A stretch of DNA of 64,000 bases from Planctomycetota bacterium (lineage in GTDB: Bacteria; Planctomycetota; UBA1135; UBA2386). The stretch spans positions 4,928,001-4,992,000 of the forward strand of contig JBKAGP010000001.1 in NCBI GenBank assembly GCA_046290465.1, given 5' to 3'. The notes below the pieces were generated by a model, which did no database searches, was not told the DNA's origin, and saw nothing but the letters and a program-made list of their open reading frames with translations. The translations under genes were made by a program, and so were the position numbers. This document shows positions 12,348 to 25,437 of this stretch, one piece after another. Position 1 is the first letter of the stretch. Every line of letters begins with the position of its first letter.

Positions 12348-13121
12348 ATGCCGATCCCCCTGCGAGCCCTGGTCCTGTTCGTTGTCGCGATGCTGGCCGC
12401 CTGCGCTGCGCCGCCGCCGACACTGGAGCGGGTCGCGATCCCGCCGGCGACGCGGCAGGTCGTGCTCGTCACCAACGAGCACTGGGCCGCGACCGACGCG
12501 CGCCTGCAGCGCTTCGAGCGCGACGGCGGCGGCGGCTGGCGGCAAGTCGGCGGGCCGGTGGCGGTGACCGTCGGACGCAGCGGCTTCGGTTGGGGGCTCG
12601 GTCTGCATCGCGACGGCGAAGGGCCGATCAAGAACGAAGGCGACGGGCGGGCGCCTGCCGGTGTGTTCGAACTCGGCACCGCCTTCGGCTACGCCGCCGA
12701 CGCGCCCGCAGGCTGCCGCGTCGCCTACCGCGCCGCCGGCGAGCGGGACTACTTCGTCGACGATGCCGGCTCGACGGACTACAACCGCTGGCGCCGGATC
12801 CCGGACGGTGAGGCCAACGATCCGAAGGCTCGTTGGCAGAGCTGCGAACGGATGCGTCGCGACGACCATCAGTACGAGTTCGGCATGGTCGTCGAGCACA
12901 ACGACGCCTGCGTGCCCGGTCGCGGCAGCGCGATCTTCCTGCACGTCTGGCAGCAGCCGGGGGCGCCGACCAGCGGCTGCACCGCGATGGCGCGCTCGGA
13001 CCTGCTGGCGCTGCTGCGCTGGCTCGATCCGACCGCGCGACCGCTGTTGGTGCAGGCGCCGCGCGGCGTCGTTGCTGAGGTCGGGATCGCCGAGGTCGGG
13101 GTCGCTGGCGAGGGGCGCTGA
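12348..13121 (+). CDS. L,D-transpeptidase (YkuD)-family lipoprotein
   Basis: Lipobox LAAC, KNEGDGRAPAG and catalytic AIFLH…TSGC. Confidence 0.85.
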   Translation: MPIPLRALVLFVVAMLAACAAPPPTLERVAIPPATRQVVLVTNEHWAATDARLQRFERDGGGGWRQVGGPVAVTVGRSGFGWGLGLHRDGEGPIKNEGDGRAPAGVFELGTAFGYAADAPAGCRVAYRAAGERDYFVDDAGSTDYNRWRRIPDGEANDPKARWQSCERMRRDDHQYEFGMVVEHNDACVPGRGSAIFLHVWQQPGAPTSGCTAMARSDLLALLRWLDPTARPLLVQAPRGVVAEVGIAEVGVAGEGR

Positions 13122-13123
13122 CG

Positions 13124-14026
13124 TTGGAGTTCCATCAGCTGCGCTACTTCGTCGCGGCGGCGGAGACCGGCAGCATGTCGCGCGCCGCCGAACGCGAGCA
13201 CGTCAGCCAGCCGGCGCTGAGCCGGCAGGTGGCGCAGCTCGAGAAGCGCCTCGGCGTGCAGCTGTTCGACCGCGTCAAGCAGCGCATCCGGCTCAGTGAG
13301 GCCGGCCGCTACTTCCTGCCGCGCGCACGCCAGCTGCTGTGCGATGCACAGACCAGTGAGCAGCAGCTGCGCGAACGGTTCGGTGGCAGCCGGCGCACCC
13401 TGCGGGTCGGCTTCGTCGGGCCGTTCCTCGACGACCTGGTGGCGCCGACCGTGCGCGAGCTGCGCCGCGAGCAGCGCGGGCTCAAGGTCGCCCTGTTCGA
13501 CCTGCCGCCGCGCGCGCAGCTCGAACGGCTGGCCGCGCGCGAGCTCGATGCGGCGATCCTCGGCAACCTCGAAGCGGAGCATCGGCAGAGCTTCCAGGTG
13601 CGGGCGTTGAGCCGGCACCGGTTCGCGTTGGCGCTGCCGGAGTCGCATCCGCTGGCGAATACGCGCAGCGTCGAGCTGGCCGCGATGCGCGACGAGCCGT
13701 TCGTGTCGCTCGACGACGCGTGGTTCCCGGGGCGGCGGCGGTTCCTGCTCGACACCTGTGCGCAGGCCGGGTTCGAACCCGAGGTCGCCGTCGAGCTCGA
13801 CTCGGTCGCGATGATGCTCGGCGCGGTCGCTGCCGGCGACGGCGTCGCGCTGGTGCCGCGCCACAGCGAGAAGCTGCCGCACGACGGCGCGGTGTTCGTG
13901 CGCATCAAGCCGCCGGTGCCGGTCATCGAACTGGTGCTGGTGACGCGTCGGCGGGAGCCCAGCGATGCGCTCGACGCGCTGCACGCGGCGCTGCGGGTGC
14001 GGGCGCGGGAGCTCGCGGACGGCTGA
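13124..14026 (+). CDS. LysR-family regulator (BenM/AlsR-like)
   Basis: QLRYFVAAAETGSMSRAA…SQPALSRQ HTH plus PBP2 domain. TTG start. Confidence 0.93.
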   Translation: MEFHQLRYFVAAAETGSMSRAAEREHVSQPALSRQVAQLEKRLGVQLFDRVKQRIRLSEAGRYFLPRARQLLCDAQTSEQQLRERFGGSRRTLRVGFVGPFLDDLVAPTVRELRREQRGLKVALFDLPPRAQLERLAARELDAAILGNLEAEHRQSFQVRALSRHRFALALPESHPLANTRSVELAAMRDEPFVSLDDAWFPGRRRFLLDTCAQAGFEPEVAVELDSVAMMLGAVAAGDGVALVPRHSEKLPHDGAVFVRIKPPVPVIELVLVTRRREPSDALDALHAALRVRARELADG

Positions 14027-14037
14027 CGCGGTGCGGC

Positions 14038-15030
14038 TCAGATCCAGTCGATGTCGCCGAGGCTGAAGTGCCAGTTCTGCGCCAGGAACGGCTGGTTCGC
14101 GCGCGACGACCACGGCCGGAAGCCGATCCGGTGCTGGGTCGGGCGCACCTGGAAGCGGTGGTCGCCCTGGCAGCGCCGGAACGTCTCGCTCCACGTCGGC
14201 GCGGCCAGGGCCAGCGAGGTGTGGCCGTGCCGCCGCGCGCACTGCACGGCCGCATGCAGCAGCGCCCGTTGCGCGTCGCCGTCGTCGTCCGGCACGATCC
14301 ACTCGGCGATCGCGAGCGCATGGCCTTCGACCGGGGCCATCCGCAACACCGCCAGGCCGCGCAGTGCGCCGTCGGGGCCGCGCGCGGTCACGATCGCGTA
14401 GCGCTGCTCGGGGTTGGACCGGTAGCGCCAGTCGAGGTAGCGGCCGTCGCGCAGGATTCCGCTGGGCACGTCCCGGTGCCAGCGTTCGGCGAGCGCGTCG
14501 GCGTCCGGCGGGATTGCGTCGCCGGTCGAGGTCGCGAGGCTGGTGCCGGGATCGGGCTCCGCGAGGTCGCGCACCAGCACCAGCACGTCGGCGGTCACCT
14601 CGAACCGGCAGAAGCGCACCAGCGTGCGCAACAGCCCCGGCACGGGCAGGCCGAAGGCCGCGCACATCGAGCCGTCGCCGAACTCGGCGAAGAACGCCTG
14701 GCTGGTCCGGCGCAGGATGCTGGCCCCGGCCATGCCGCGTCGCAGATCGGGGTGCACGCTCGCGTCGCCGGCGCGCTGCACCACGGTCCGGCGGCCGTCG
14801 AGCAGGCACGGCAGCGGCACGCCCGAGAACGACGCCACGCAGCTTCCGTCGTTCGCGAACGCGCCGACCACCTGCGTGCGACGCAGCGGGTTGTCGACGA
14901 AGCGCCAACGCCACTGGTCGACGCTGCGGTGCCCGCCGAAGCCCAGTTCGTGCAGGTACAGCAGCGAACGCCGATCGGCGACGGTGGCGCGACGGATGGT
15001 CAGCTCTGCCGCGAGCAGCGGGCTGTGCAA
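14038..15030 (-). CDS. GNAT-family N-acetyltransferase (double GNAT type)
   Basis: IRRAT..D, QWRWRFVDNP, VHPDLRRG acetyl-CoA motif, RDGRYLDWRY. Confidence 0.8.
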   Translation of the reverse strand: MHSPLLAAELTIRRATVADRRSLLYLHELGFGGHRSVDQWRWRFVDNPLRRTQVVGAFANDGSCVASFSGVPLPCLLDGRRTVVQRAGDASVHPDLRRGMAGASILRRTSQAFFAEFGDGSMCAAFGLPVPGLLRTLVRFCRFEVTADVLVLVRDLAEPDPGTSLATSTGDAIPPDADALAERWHRDVPSGILRDGRYLDWRYRSNPEQRYAIVTARGPDGALRGLAVLRMAPVEGHALAIAEWIVPDDDGDAQRALLHAAVQCARRHGHTSLALAAPTWSETFRRCQGDHRFQVRPTQHRIGFRPWSSRANQPFLAQNWHFSLGDIDWI

Positions 15031-15168
15031 GACGAGGTTGGTTGTCCTTCTTCCGAGGGCCGCGCGGCGGAGTCGAAGGGCATGCCTCCGGGCGCGGGTG
15101 GTGCCTCGGGGCCTCCTAGGTCGCCCTGGGTTCGAGGTAACCGCGGCGCCTCGTCGGTTCGCGCCCGG

Positions 15169-16044
15169 CTACGGTTCGGGCGCGCACGAGATCATCTCGT
15201 CGAGCAGCGGGTGCTCGGGCGCGTCCTTGCGCCACGCCATCACGATCGGAAACGTAACGCGTGGCTTGCCCCAGGGATACGCGGCGAGTCGTCGGCCTTT
15301 CGGGCCGTCCGGGTCGAGGCTCGGGACCAGCGACCAGCCGAGCCCGGACTCGACGTAGCCGAGGATCGTGTCGGCGGTGTCGAGCGCGATCGTCGACGCC
15401 GGCACGATGCCGTGCATCGCGAGGGCCTGCAGCTGCAGCGCGTGGTGGCGCGTGCCGGGTGGGTAGCTCAAGAACGGGATCGGGCCGAGGTCGCGCAGCT
15501 GCGGCCGGCCGCGACGCGGCGCGTGTTCCTTCGGCACGACCAGGCACGCGTGCACGGTGGCGATCTCCTGCGCCGCGATGTCGTCGGGCACCTCGGGCAG
15601 GTGCGCGATCATCACGTCGGCGGCGCCGCTGCGCAGGACCTCGACGTTGACGTGCACCAGCTCCTGCAGCGACAGCTGCGCCTTGGGCCGGCGCTTGCGC
15701 AGCGTCATCAGCCAGCCGGGCAGCAGTTGCCGGATCAGCAGCGACTCGGCGTGGATCGTCAGCGAGCCGTCGTAGTCGCCGGTGCGCACGTTCTCGACGA
15801 CGCGCGGCAGGTCGCGGAAGAACGGCGCGATGAACTCGAGCAGGTGCTGGCCGGCCGGCGTCGGCTGCATCGTGTCCTTGCCGACCCGCATCAGCAGCTC
15901 GACGCCGACCTCGGCCTCGAGCTTCTTGACCTGCTGGTGCAGCGCCGGTTGCGTGATCGGATAGTCGGCGGCGCGCGCGGCCTTGGCGTAGCCGCCGCTG
16001 GTCGCGACGAGGTGGAAGCCGGCCAGACGGTGCAGGTCGATCAT
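15169..16044 (-). CDS. LysR-family regulator
   Basis: DLHRLAGFHLVA…TQPALHQQVKKLE HTH. Confidence 0.92.
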   Translation of the reverse strand: MIDLHRLAGFHLVATSGGYAKAARAADYPITQPALHQQVKKLEAEVGVELLMRVGKDTMQPTPAGQHLLEFIAPFFRDLPRVVENVRTGDYDGSLTIHAESLLIRQLLPGWLMTLRKRRPKAQLSLQELVHVNVEVLRSGAADVMIAHLPEVPDDIAAQEIATVHACLVVPKEHAPRRGRPQLRDLGPIPFLSYPPGTRHHALQLQALAMHGIVPASTIALDTADTILGYVESGLGWSLVPSLDPDGPKGRRLAAYPWGKPRVTFPIVMAWRKDAPEHPLLDEMISCAPEP

Positions 16045-16111
16045 GCAGACTAGCTTAACGAATCGGGCGCGATCGATCTCTCGGTTGCCGAGCGGATCCG
16101 GCCGGCGGCCG

Positions 16112-16888
16112 TCAGGGGATCCAGTGCGTCAGCACGTAGCCGGTCAAGAACGCGATCGACAGCATGAACACGATCCCGGCGATGCTGACCGACAGCAGGC
16201 CGGCGAGCACCGATCGCACGCTCCAGCCGAACGCGCCGCCCAGCGTCAGCACCGAGTAGGCGACGTAGATCCCGTAGCTGACGTAGCCGTGCAGCATCGG
16301 GTCGATGCGCACCAGCACCTGTCCGGTGACCGCGGTCAGCAGCATGACGTGCCCGACCACGTGCAGGGCGACGACGAGGCACTCGGCGAAGTTGATCCGC
16401 GTCCACAGCGCCAGCCGCACGATCGCCGCCATCAGCGGCACGAACGTCAGCAGGCCGAGCCACGTGTAGGCGTTCTGGATCAGGGCGATGTAGCGGTCGG
16501 CGGCCCAGCGGCGCGGCTCGGCCACGCCCTGCTGTTCGAGCCATGCGAAGTACTGCGCCGGCATCGGGTCGGTGACCACGGCCGTCATCCGGTCTCTGAC
16601 CAGCCACACGCCGAGCAACTGGACGCCCGCGCAGAGCACGTACCAGAGCACCGGGCTGACGTAGCGGGTCCGGCGCCCCTGCAGGTAGTCGCGCGTCGCC
16701 CGGCCGGGGTGCGCGGTCATCACCAGCAGCGTGCGCCACTTGCCGCGTTCGACGCTGAACAACCGCGAGGCCAGCTCGCCGGCCAGGCTGCGGAACGTCA
16801 GGCGGCCGAGCTGGCGCTGCCCGCAGGCGGGGCAGAACGCGGCGGGGGCCTCCGTGTCGCAGTTCGGGCACCGAGGTGGCGAGGGCAT
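16112..16888 (-). CDS. DUF3667-domain membrane protein
   Basis: CPNC…FCPACGQ zinc ribbon, PGRATRDYLQGRRTRYVSP, then TM helices. Confidence 0.85.
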   Translation of the reverse strand: MPSPPRCPNCDTEAPAAFCPACGQRQLGRLTFRSLAGELASRLFSVERGKWRTLLVMTAHPGRATRDYLQGRRTRYVSPVLWYVLCAGVQLLGVWLVRDRMTAVVTDPMPAQYFAWLEQQGVAEPRRWAADRYIALIQNAYTWLGLLTFVPLMAAIVRLALWTRINFAECLVVALHVVGHVMLLTAVTGQVLVRIDPMLHGYVSYGIYVAYSVLTLGGAFGWSVRSVLAGLLSVSIAGIVFMLSIAFLTGYVLTHWIP

Positions 16889-17056
16889 GGTGCCGGCAGC
16901 GTGGCGCATGGGCGGGCGCGGCGCAACGGCGGGAAGTCCCATGGCTGCGGTTGGTTGCGTGCGGCTCGAGGTGCCTTGCCAATCATGAAGCAAGGCTTTA
17001 CGTTGGGGTCATTGCAACTTGCGCACACAAAACGAATCGGCTGGCGATAGTTGCGC

Positions 17057-20000
17057 ATGTCCAGTTCGCAGGAGTCGCTCACGATGCCAGCCAGCCAACC
17101 CCGACCGTTCTCTCTCGCCTCGCTGCTGACCGCGCAGTTCTTCGGCGCGTTCAACGACAACGCCTTCAAGATGATCGTCGTGCTGCTGGGTCTGGCAGCG
17201 GTCGACGGCCAGGGTGAGGTCGAGAAGCAGGGGGTCACCACCCTCGCGATGATCGTGCTGACGGCGCCGCTGATGCTCGGCTCGCTGCCGGCGATGGTGG
17301 TCGGCGACCGCGTGTCCAAGCGCAGCCTGATCGTCTGGACCAAGCTCGCCGAACTGCTGCTGATGGCGTTCGGTACCTACGCGCTGTGGGCGCAGCCGCA
17401 GGGCTGGCTGCCCTACGTCGTGCTCGGCGGCATGGGGCTGCAGAGCGCGCTGTTCGCGCCGGGCAAGTACGGCCTGCTGCCCGAGGTTCTGCCGCACGAG
17501 CGCCTGACCGCGGCCAACGGCAAGCTCGAGGCGGCGAGCTTCCTCGCCATCATCCTCGGCACCGTCGCCGGCGGCCTGCTGCTCGAGAACGTCGGCGACT
17601 ACGTCTGGGTCGCCGGCCTGATCCTGACGACGCTGTCGTCGATCGGCTTCGCCGCGTCGCTGCGGCTGCCGCGGGTGCCGGCGTCGGGTGGCGACGAGCA
17701 GCCGACGGTGGCGCTGCGGGGCGCCTGGCGGGCGGTGCGCGGCGACCGCACGCTGTGGCTCGCGACGCTCGGCACGGTCGCGTTCTGGAGCATCGCGAGC
17801 CTGCTCGGCCAGGACGTGCTGGTCTACGGCAAGGAGGTGCTGGCGTTCCCCGACGACCTCGCCGCGGTGCCCTACGCGCTGTTCGCGATCGGCGTCGGCG
17901 GCGGTTCGCTGCTGGCCGGCAGGATCGCGAAGGGCAAGGTCGAGACCGGCCTGATCCCGCTCGGCGCGATCGGTCTGGCGGTGACCACGGCCGCGATGGG
18001 CGTGTTCGTGCCGGGGCGCGTGATGACGTTCGTGCTGATGACGCTGCTCGGCGTCGCCAGCGGCTTCGTGGTCGTGCCGCTCAACTCGCTGATCCAGTGG
18101 CGCGCGCCGGCCAACCGCCGCGGTGCGATCATCGCGCTGGTCAACATGCTGTCGTTCGCCGGCATGATGCTGGGCAACTTCGGCTGCCTGGGCCTCGCGC
18201 AGCTCGGCTGTGACTGCGCGACGATCCTGCTGGCCGCGGCCATCGCGACCGCGGCGGCGACCGCGTGGGCGATCTGGCTGTTGCCCGAGGCGCTGCTGCG
18301 TCTGGTCGTCGTGCTCGCCGCGCACACCCTCTACCGGGTGCGCGTGCTCGGCCAGCAGCGCGTGCCCGAACGGGGCGGTGCGCTGCTGGTGCCCAACCAC
18401 GTGTCGTTCCTCGACGGCCTGTTCCTGCTGGCGGCGACCGACCGGCCGATCCGCTTCGTCGTCGACCAGTACTGGTACGAACGGCCGTGGCTGAAGCCGT
18501 TCTTGCAGGCGCTCGGCGCGATCCCGATCAGCGCCACCGGCGGTCCGCGCATCGTGCTGCGGGCGCTGCGCGACGCCGGCCAGGCGCTCGACGACGGCGA
18601 GGTCGTCTGCCTGTTCGCCGAGGGCGAGATCAGCCGCATGGGCAGCACGCTGCCGTTCCGTCGCGGCCTCAAGCGCATCGTCAAGAACCGCAACGCGCCG
18701 ATCGTGCCGGTGCACCTCGACCGCGTCTACGGCTCGCTCGGCAGCTCGCAACAGGGCCGGCTGCAGTGGCTGCCGACGCGCATCCCGTGCCCGGTCACGG
18801 TGTCGTTCGGCGAGCCGATGCCCAACGACGCGCGCCCCGAGGACGTGCGCGCCGCGGTCGAGTCGCTGGCAGAAGGTGCCGCGCAGCTGCGCACAGGAGA
18901 ACTGCAGCCGCTGCACGTCGCGTTCGTGCAGCGCGTGCGCCGCGCGCCGTGGCGCCAGTGCCTCGGCGACACCGAGGGCAAGCGGCTGTCGCGCGGCGCG
19001 TCGCTGGCCGGGGCCGTGGTGCTGGCCCGCCGCCTGCGCGGACCGTGGGCCGACCAGCAGCGTGTCGGCGTGATGCTGCCGCCGTCGATCGCCGGGGCGT
19101 TGGTCGCGTTCGCCGCCAGCCTCGCCGGTCGCACCGCGGTCGCGCTCAACTTCACGGTCGGCCGGGCGGCGATGGCGTCTGCCGTGCGCCAGTCGCAGCT
19201 GCGAACGGTCGTGACGTCGCGCCGATTCGTCGAACGTCTCGACCCGGACGTGCTGGCGGCGCTGGACGGCATCACGCTGGTCTACCTCGAGGACCTGACC
19301 GAGGGCATCGGCGCGTTCGAGCGGCTCGCCGGCCTGCTGCGCGGCCTGCTGCTGCCGATGGGCATGCTCGAGCGCGCCTGCGGTGCGGTGCGGCGGGTGC
19401 GCCGCGACGACGTCGCGACGATCCTGTTCAGCAGCGGCAGCACCGGCGAGCCGAAGGGCATCGAACTGACGCACACCAACGTGCAGGCCAACTGCGACGC
19501 GATCGCGCAGGTCGTGCCGTTCGACCACCGCGACAAGCTGGTCGGCGTGCTGCCGATGTTCCACTCGTTCGGCAACATGGCGCTGTGGTACGCGGTCGGC
19601 CAGGGGGCGGGCATCGTGTTCCACCCCAACCCGCTCGAGGCCGCGGCGGTCGGCCACCTGGTCGCGACGCACGGCGCGACCGTGCTGATCGCGACGCCGA
19701 CGTTCCTGCAGCTCTACCACCGACGGGTCGAACCCGGCCAGTTCGGCTCGCTGCGCATGGTGCTGACCGGCGCCGAGAAGCTGACCGACCAGCTCGCCGA
19801 CGCGTTCGCCGACCGCTTCGGCCTGCGCCCGGTGCAGGGCTACGGCGCGACCGAGTGTTCGCCGGCGATCGCGGTCAGCGCGCCGGGCTACCGCGCGCCG
19901 GGCTTCTACCAGGCCGGTTCGCGCCGCGGGTCGGTCGGCCGGCCGCTGCCGGGCGTGACCGTCAAGGTCGTCGATCCCGACACGTTCGAACCGGTGGTGA

Positions 20001-20497
20001 CCGGGGAGCCGGGCATGTTGCTCGTGCGCGGCGCCAACGTCATGAAGGGCTACCTCGGCCGCGACGACCTGGCCGGCAAGGCGCTGCGCGACGGCTACTA
20101 CGTCACCGGCGACATCGGCCGGCTCGACGCCGACGGGTTCCTGTTCCTGACCGATCGGCTGTCGCGCTTCAGCAAGATCGGCGGCGAGATGGTCCCGCAC
20201 GGCACGGTCGAGGAGCACCTGCAGGTCTGCAGCGGCAAGCGCGAGCGCGCGTTCGCGGTCTGCGGCGTGCCCGATCCGCGCAAGGGCGAACGGCTGGCCG
20301 TGCTGACGACGGTCTCGCCACAGGCGCTGGCGGACGTGCTCGAGCAGCTCGGCGGCCGCGGGCTGCCGGCGCTGTTCGTGCCGCGGCGCAACCAGTTCGT
20401 GCACGTCGACGAGCTGCCGGTGCTGGGCACCGGCAAGCTCGACCTGCGCAAGGTCAAGGAGCTGGCGCAGGCGGGGGCCGCGGCGGACGCGCGCTGA
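17057..20497 (+). CDS. aas: MFS (LplT-like)-PlsC acyltransferase-acyl-ACP synthetase fusion (2-acylglycerophosphoethanolamine acyltransferase)
   Basis: QFFGAFNDNAFK, NHVSFLD (HxxxxD), FAEG, FSSGSTGEPKG, YGATE, TGD, RFSKIGGEMV. Start is uncertain (17057 or 17084). Confidence 0.93.
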   Translation: MSSSQESLTMPASQPRPFSLASLLTAQFFGAFNDNAFKMIVVLLGLAAVDGQGEVEKQGVTTLAMIVLTAPLMLGSLPAMVVGDRVSKRSLIVWTKLAELLLMAFGTYALWAQPQGWLPYVVLGGMGLQSALFAPGKYGLLPEVLPHERLTAANGKLEAASFLAIILGTVAGGLLLENVGDYVWVAGLILTTLSSIGFAASLRLPRVPASGGDEQPTVALRGAWRAVRGDRTLWLATLGTVAFWSIASLLGQDVLVYGKEVLAFPDDLAAVPYALFAIGVGGGSLLAGRIAKGKVETGLIPLGAIGLAVTTAAMGVFVPGRVMTFVLMTLLGVASGFVVVPLNSLIQWRAPANRRGAIIALVNMLSFAGMMLGNFGCLGLAQLGCDCATILLAAAIATAAATAWAIWLLPEALLRLVVVLAAHTLYRVRVLGQQRVPERGGALLVPNHVSFLDGLFLLAATDRPIRFVVDQYWYERPWLKPFLQALGAIPISATGGPRIVLRALRDAGQALDDGEVVCLFAEGEISRMGSTLPFRRGLKRIVKNRNAPIVPVHLDRVYGSLGSSQQGRLQWLPTRIPCPVTVSFGEPMPNDARPEDVRAAVESLAEGAAQLRTGELQPLHVAFVQRVRRAPWRQCLGDTEGKRLSRGASLAGAVVLARRLRGPWADQQRVGVMLPPSIAGALVAFAASLAGRTAVALNFTVGRAAMASAVRQSQLRTVVTSRRFVERLDPDVLAALDGITLVYLEDLTEGIGAFERLAGLLRGLLLPMGMLERACGAVRRVRRDDVATILFSSGSTGEPKGIELTHTNVQANCDAIAQVVPFDHRDKLVGVLPMFHSFGNMALWYAVGQGAGIVFHPNPLEAAAVGHLVATHGATVLIATPTFLQLYHRRVEPGQFGSLRMVLTGAEKLTDQLADAFADRFGLRPVQGYGATECSPAIAVSAPGYRAPGFYQAGSRRGSVGRPLPGVTVKVVDPDTFEPVVTGEPGMLLVRGANVMKGYLGRDDLAGKALRDGYYVTGDIGRLDADGFLFLTDRLSRFSKIGGEMVPHGTVEEHLQVCSGKRERAFAVCGVPDPRKGERLAVLTTVSPQALADVLEQLGGRGLPALFVPRRNQFVHVDELPVLGTGKLDLRKVKELAQAGAAADAR

Positions 20498-20938
20498 CCG
20501 TCGCGGCGGCCGCGCAGCCGATGGCAGCGGGATCGTCGCGAATGGTGTCCGTGCGGCCGTAACGTGCGTCGCGGGAATGCGTCCCTGCAGCTGGCCGCTG
20601 GCGAGGCGGCCCCTGCGTCTGTCCGCATGGGGGTGTGGCCGTTCTGGATGGAGCCGTCGCCGCCCGCCGCACGAAGGGCAGCTCGGCCGTGAGGGTCCGA
20701 ATGGCGTGGGCTCGGAGGCGTGTTTCGTCACGCGCATCCCGAACGTGTCCAATGCGGATGCGGGTGGGGTGCCGCCTCCAGGCCACGTCGAGGCTCGCAC
20801 GGCCGCGCTTCTGCGGCACCCTTTCCACCTAAAGCATTCCGAGGTAGTGGTTTGGGTGGATGGCGCCGGAGGGGCGTGACGCGCGCTGCGGTTTTTCCTG
20901 TAACGTGCGCCGTGCACTCTCGCCCGACCCCTGCGCAT

Positions 20939-22105
20939 ATGGACACGAACTCGCCTACGTCTTCTGCCTCGACCGGCCAGAAGTCCCTCCCCCTCGCCCT
21001 GGTGCTCGGCCTCTCCTTCGCGGCGCCGCTCACGGCCCAGAACGAACTGCGCCTGCAGATCACCGACGGGGTCTCGCCGCTGACCCAGAACCTCAACCCG
21101 CAGAACGGCTGGGTCGCGCTCTGGATGGAGTGCCTGCCGGCCTACCAGGGTGGTTGGTACGGGGTCGTGCCGTACGCCTACAAGCCGGGCACGACCGGGC
21201 TCTGGGAGTATGATCCGACGCCGCTCGACGACCACACGCTGAGCTACAGCTACGGCAACCAGACGACCACCGGCCTGCTCGTGGACTGCGAGCCGCAGGC
21301 GTTGTCCGACTTCTTCACCCGCAGCCTGCGCGACCACACGGGTGCGCATGCCGAGAACGCGGTGTTCCGCGCGCTCGACCCGATCTTCGAGCCGGCCGCC
21401 AACTTCGATCCGAACGGGCCGTCGTACCAGTTCTTCGGCTGGAGCCCCTACACCCCGTGGGAGCGCGACCAGGACAACGCGTTCAACATCAGCTCGTTCG
21501 CGGAGGAGGCCGTCTGGCACCGCGTGCGCCATACGCTGCCGTCGCAGGACCAGGCGGCGCGCGAGGCCTACTTCAGTGGTGAGGACTACCACCTGCTCTG
21601 GCAGCAGGGCTTCACGGTGGCGCTGTCGCTGATCGGCGTGCGCGGCATCAACGTCACGGGCGGTGATCCGTTCGGCTACCCGTCGACCGGTCTCTCGGGC
21701 TACCCGGGCCAGGCACCGGTGTTCCGGGTCAGCGCGCCGGCGCTGATCTCGTACGGCGGCACGGGCTCGGCGAACCTGTTCTTCTTCTTCAGCGGCACGT
21801 CGACGCCGGTGCGCCCGGTGCACACCGCCGCCCCGGGTGGGGTGTTCGTGCACCCCGCGTGCAACTGGCAGCGCGGCATGCAGATCCGCCTGCACCAGAA
21901 CACCCAGGGCGGCGCGGTCTACATCTGTGACCTCGACTGGGCCGACTTCGGCAAGGTCAAGATCACGGTGCCGGCCAACGCCAGCTCGGGCATGCACTCG
22001 ATCCGCAAGTTCCGCTACTACGTCGGCGAGTCGGGCGGCCAGCCGGTCTATGGCCCGTGGTTCGACATCCAGCCCTCGCACCGTCCGCTGATCGGGGTGC
22101 AATGA
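20939..22105 (+). CDS. Hypothetical secreted aromatic-rich protein heading the ECF-STK operon
   Basis: Signal peptide …AAPLTAQ. Strong coding bias. Stop overlaps the ECF start (ATGA). Confidence 0.75.
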   Translation: MDTNSPTSSASTGQKSLPLALVLGLSFAAPLTAQNELRLQITDGVSPLTQNLNPQNGWVALWMECLPAYQGGWYGVVPYAYKPGTTGLWEYDPTPLDDHTLSYSYGNQTTTGLLVDCEPQALSDFFTRSLRDHTGAHAENAVFRALDPIFEPAANFDPNGPSYQFFGWSPYTPWERDQDNAFNISSFAEEAVWHRVRHTLPSQDQAAREAYFSGEDYHLLWQQGFTVALSLIGVRGINVTGGDPFGYPSTGLSGYPGQAPVFRVSAPALISYGGTGSANLFFFFSGTSTPVRPVHTAAPGGVFVHPACNWQRGMQIRLHQNTQGGAVYICDLDWADFGKVKITVPANASSGMHSIRKFRYYVGESGGQPVYGPWFDIQPSHRPLIGVQ

Positions 22106-22678
22106 GCGACGAAGTCGACATGCACAACGCTGACGCTCCGAGCGACCTCGAGCTGTCCAAGCTGGTCGCCTCGGCGACGCCGGTGTTGAAGCGGATGGCG
22201 CCGCGGCTGATGGGCGCGGTGCTGCGCCAGCGCTGCCGCACGTCGGACCTGGTGCAGTCGGCGCTGGTCGAGGCGATCGCCTCGATCCCCAACTTCCGCG
22301 GCAAGAACGAGAGCGAGTTCGTCGGCTGGACGCTGCGGATCATGGAGCGCAACGCGCTCGATCGGCAGCGTCGGCTGACGGCGCGCAAGCGCGCGGTCGA
22401 ACGCGAGAAGCCCGAGGGCGAGCTCGGGCTGCACAACCTGGCGGGCGACCAACACTCGCCGAGCCAGATGGCGATCGACCGCGAGGAGCTGCTGCGCATC
22501 GCCAAGGCGATGCGCTACCTGCCGGCCGACCAGCGTCGCGTGCTGCAGATCGTCGCCTTGCGCGGCGGCACGCACGCCGATGCGGCCAAGAAGCTTGGCC
22601 GCAGCGAAGGCGCCTGCCGGGTCCTGCTGGCGCGGGCGCGCGCCGGCCTGCTGGTCGCGATGGCAAAGGCCGAACGCG

Positions 22679-22686
<8 letters not shown>
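22102..22686 (+). CDS. ECF sigma-70 factor (STK-associated type)
   Basis: SDLVQSAL…FRG…FVGW region 2, HSPSQ linker, region 4 LGRSEGACRVLLARAR. Confidence 0.88.
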
Positions 22687-25393
<2,707 letters not shown>

Positions 25394-25437
25394 AACCCTC
25401 CTTTATCGCCGCCGTCCGACGTCCTAGCTTGGCCGCC

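Noticed and set aside
17009..22102. Very long antisense/alternate-frame ORFs (e.g. 1697 aa here, also 51318-55241, 22340-25309, 29197-31884)
   Set aside because: Shadow ORFs of real genes caused by high GC; Arg/Ala/Gly-rich with no motifs.
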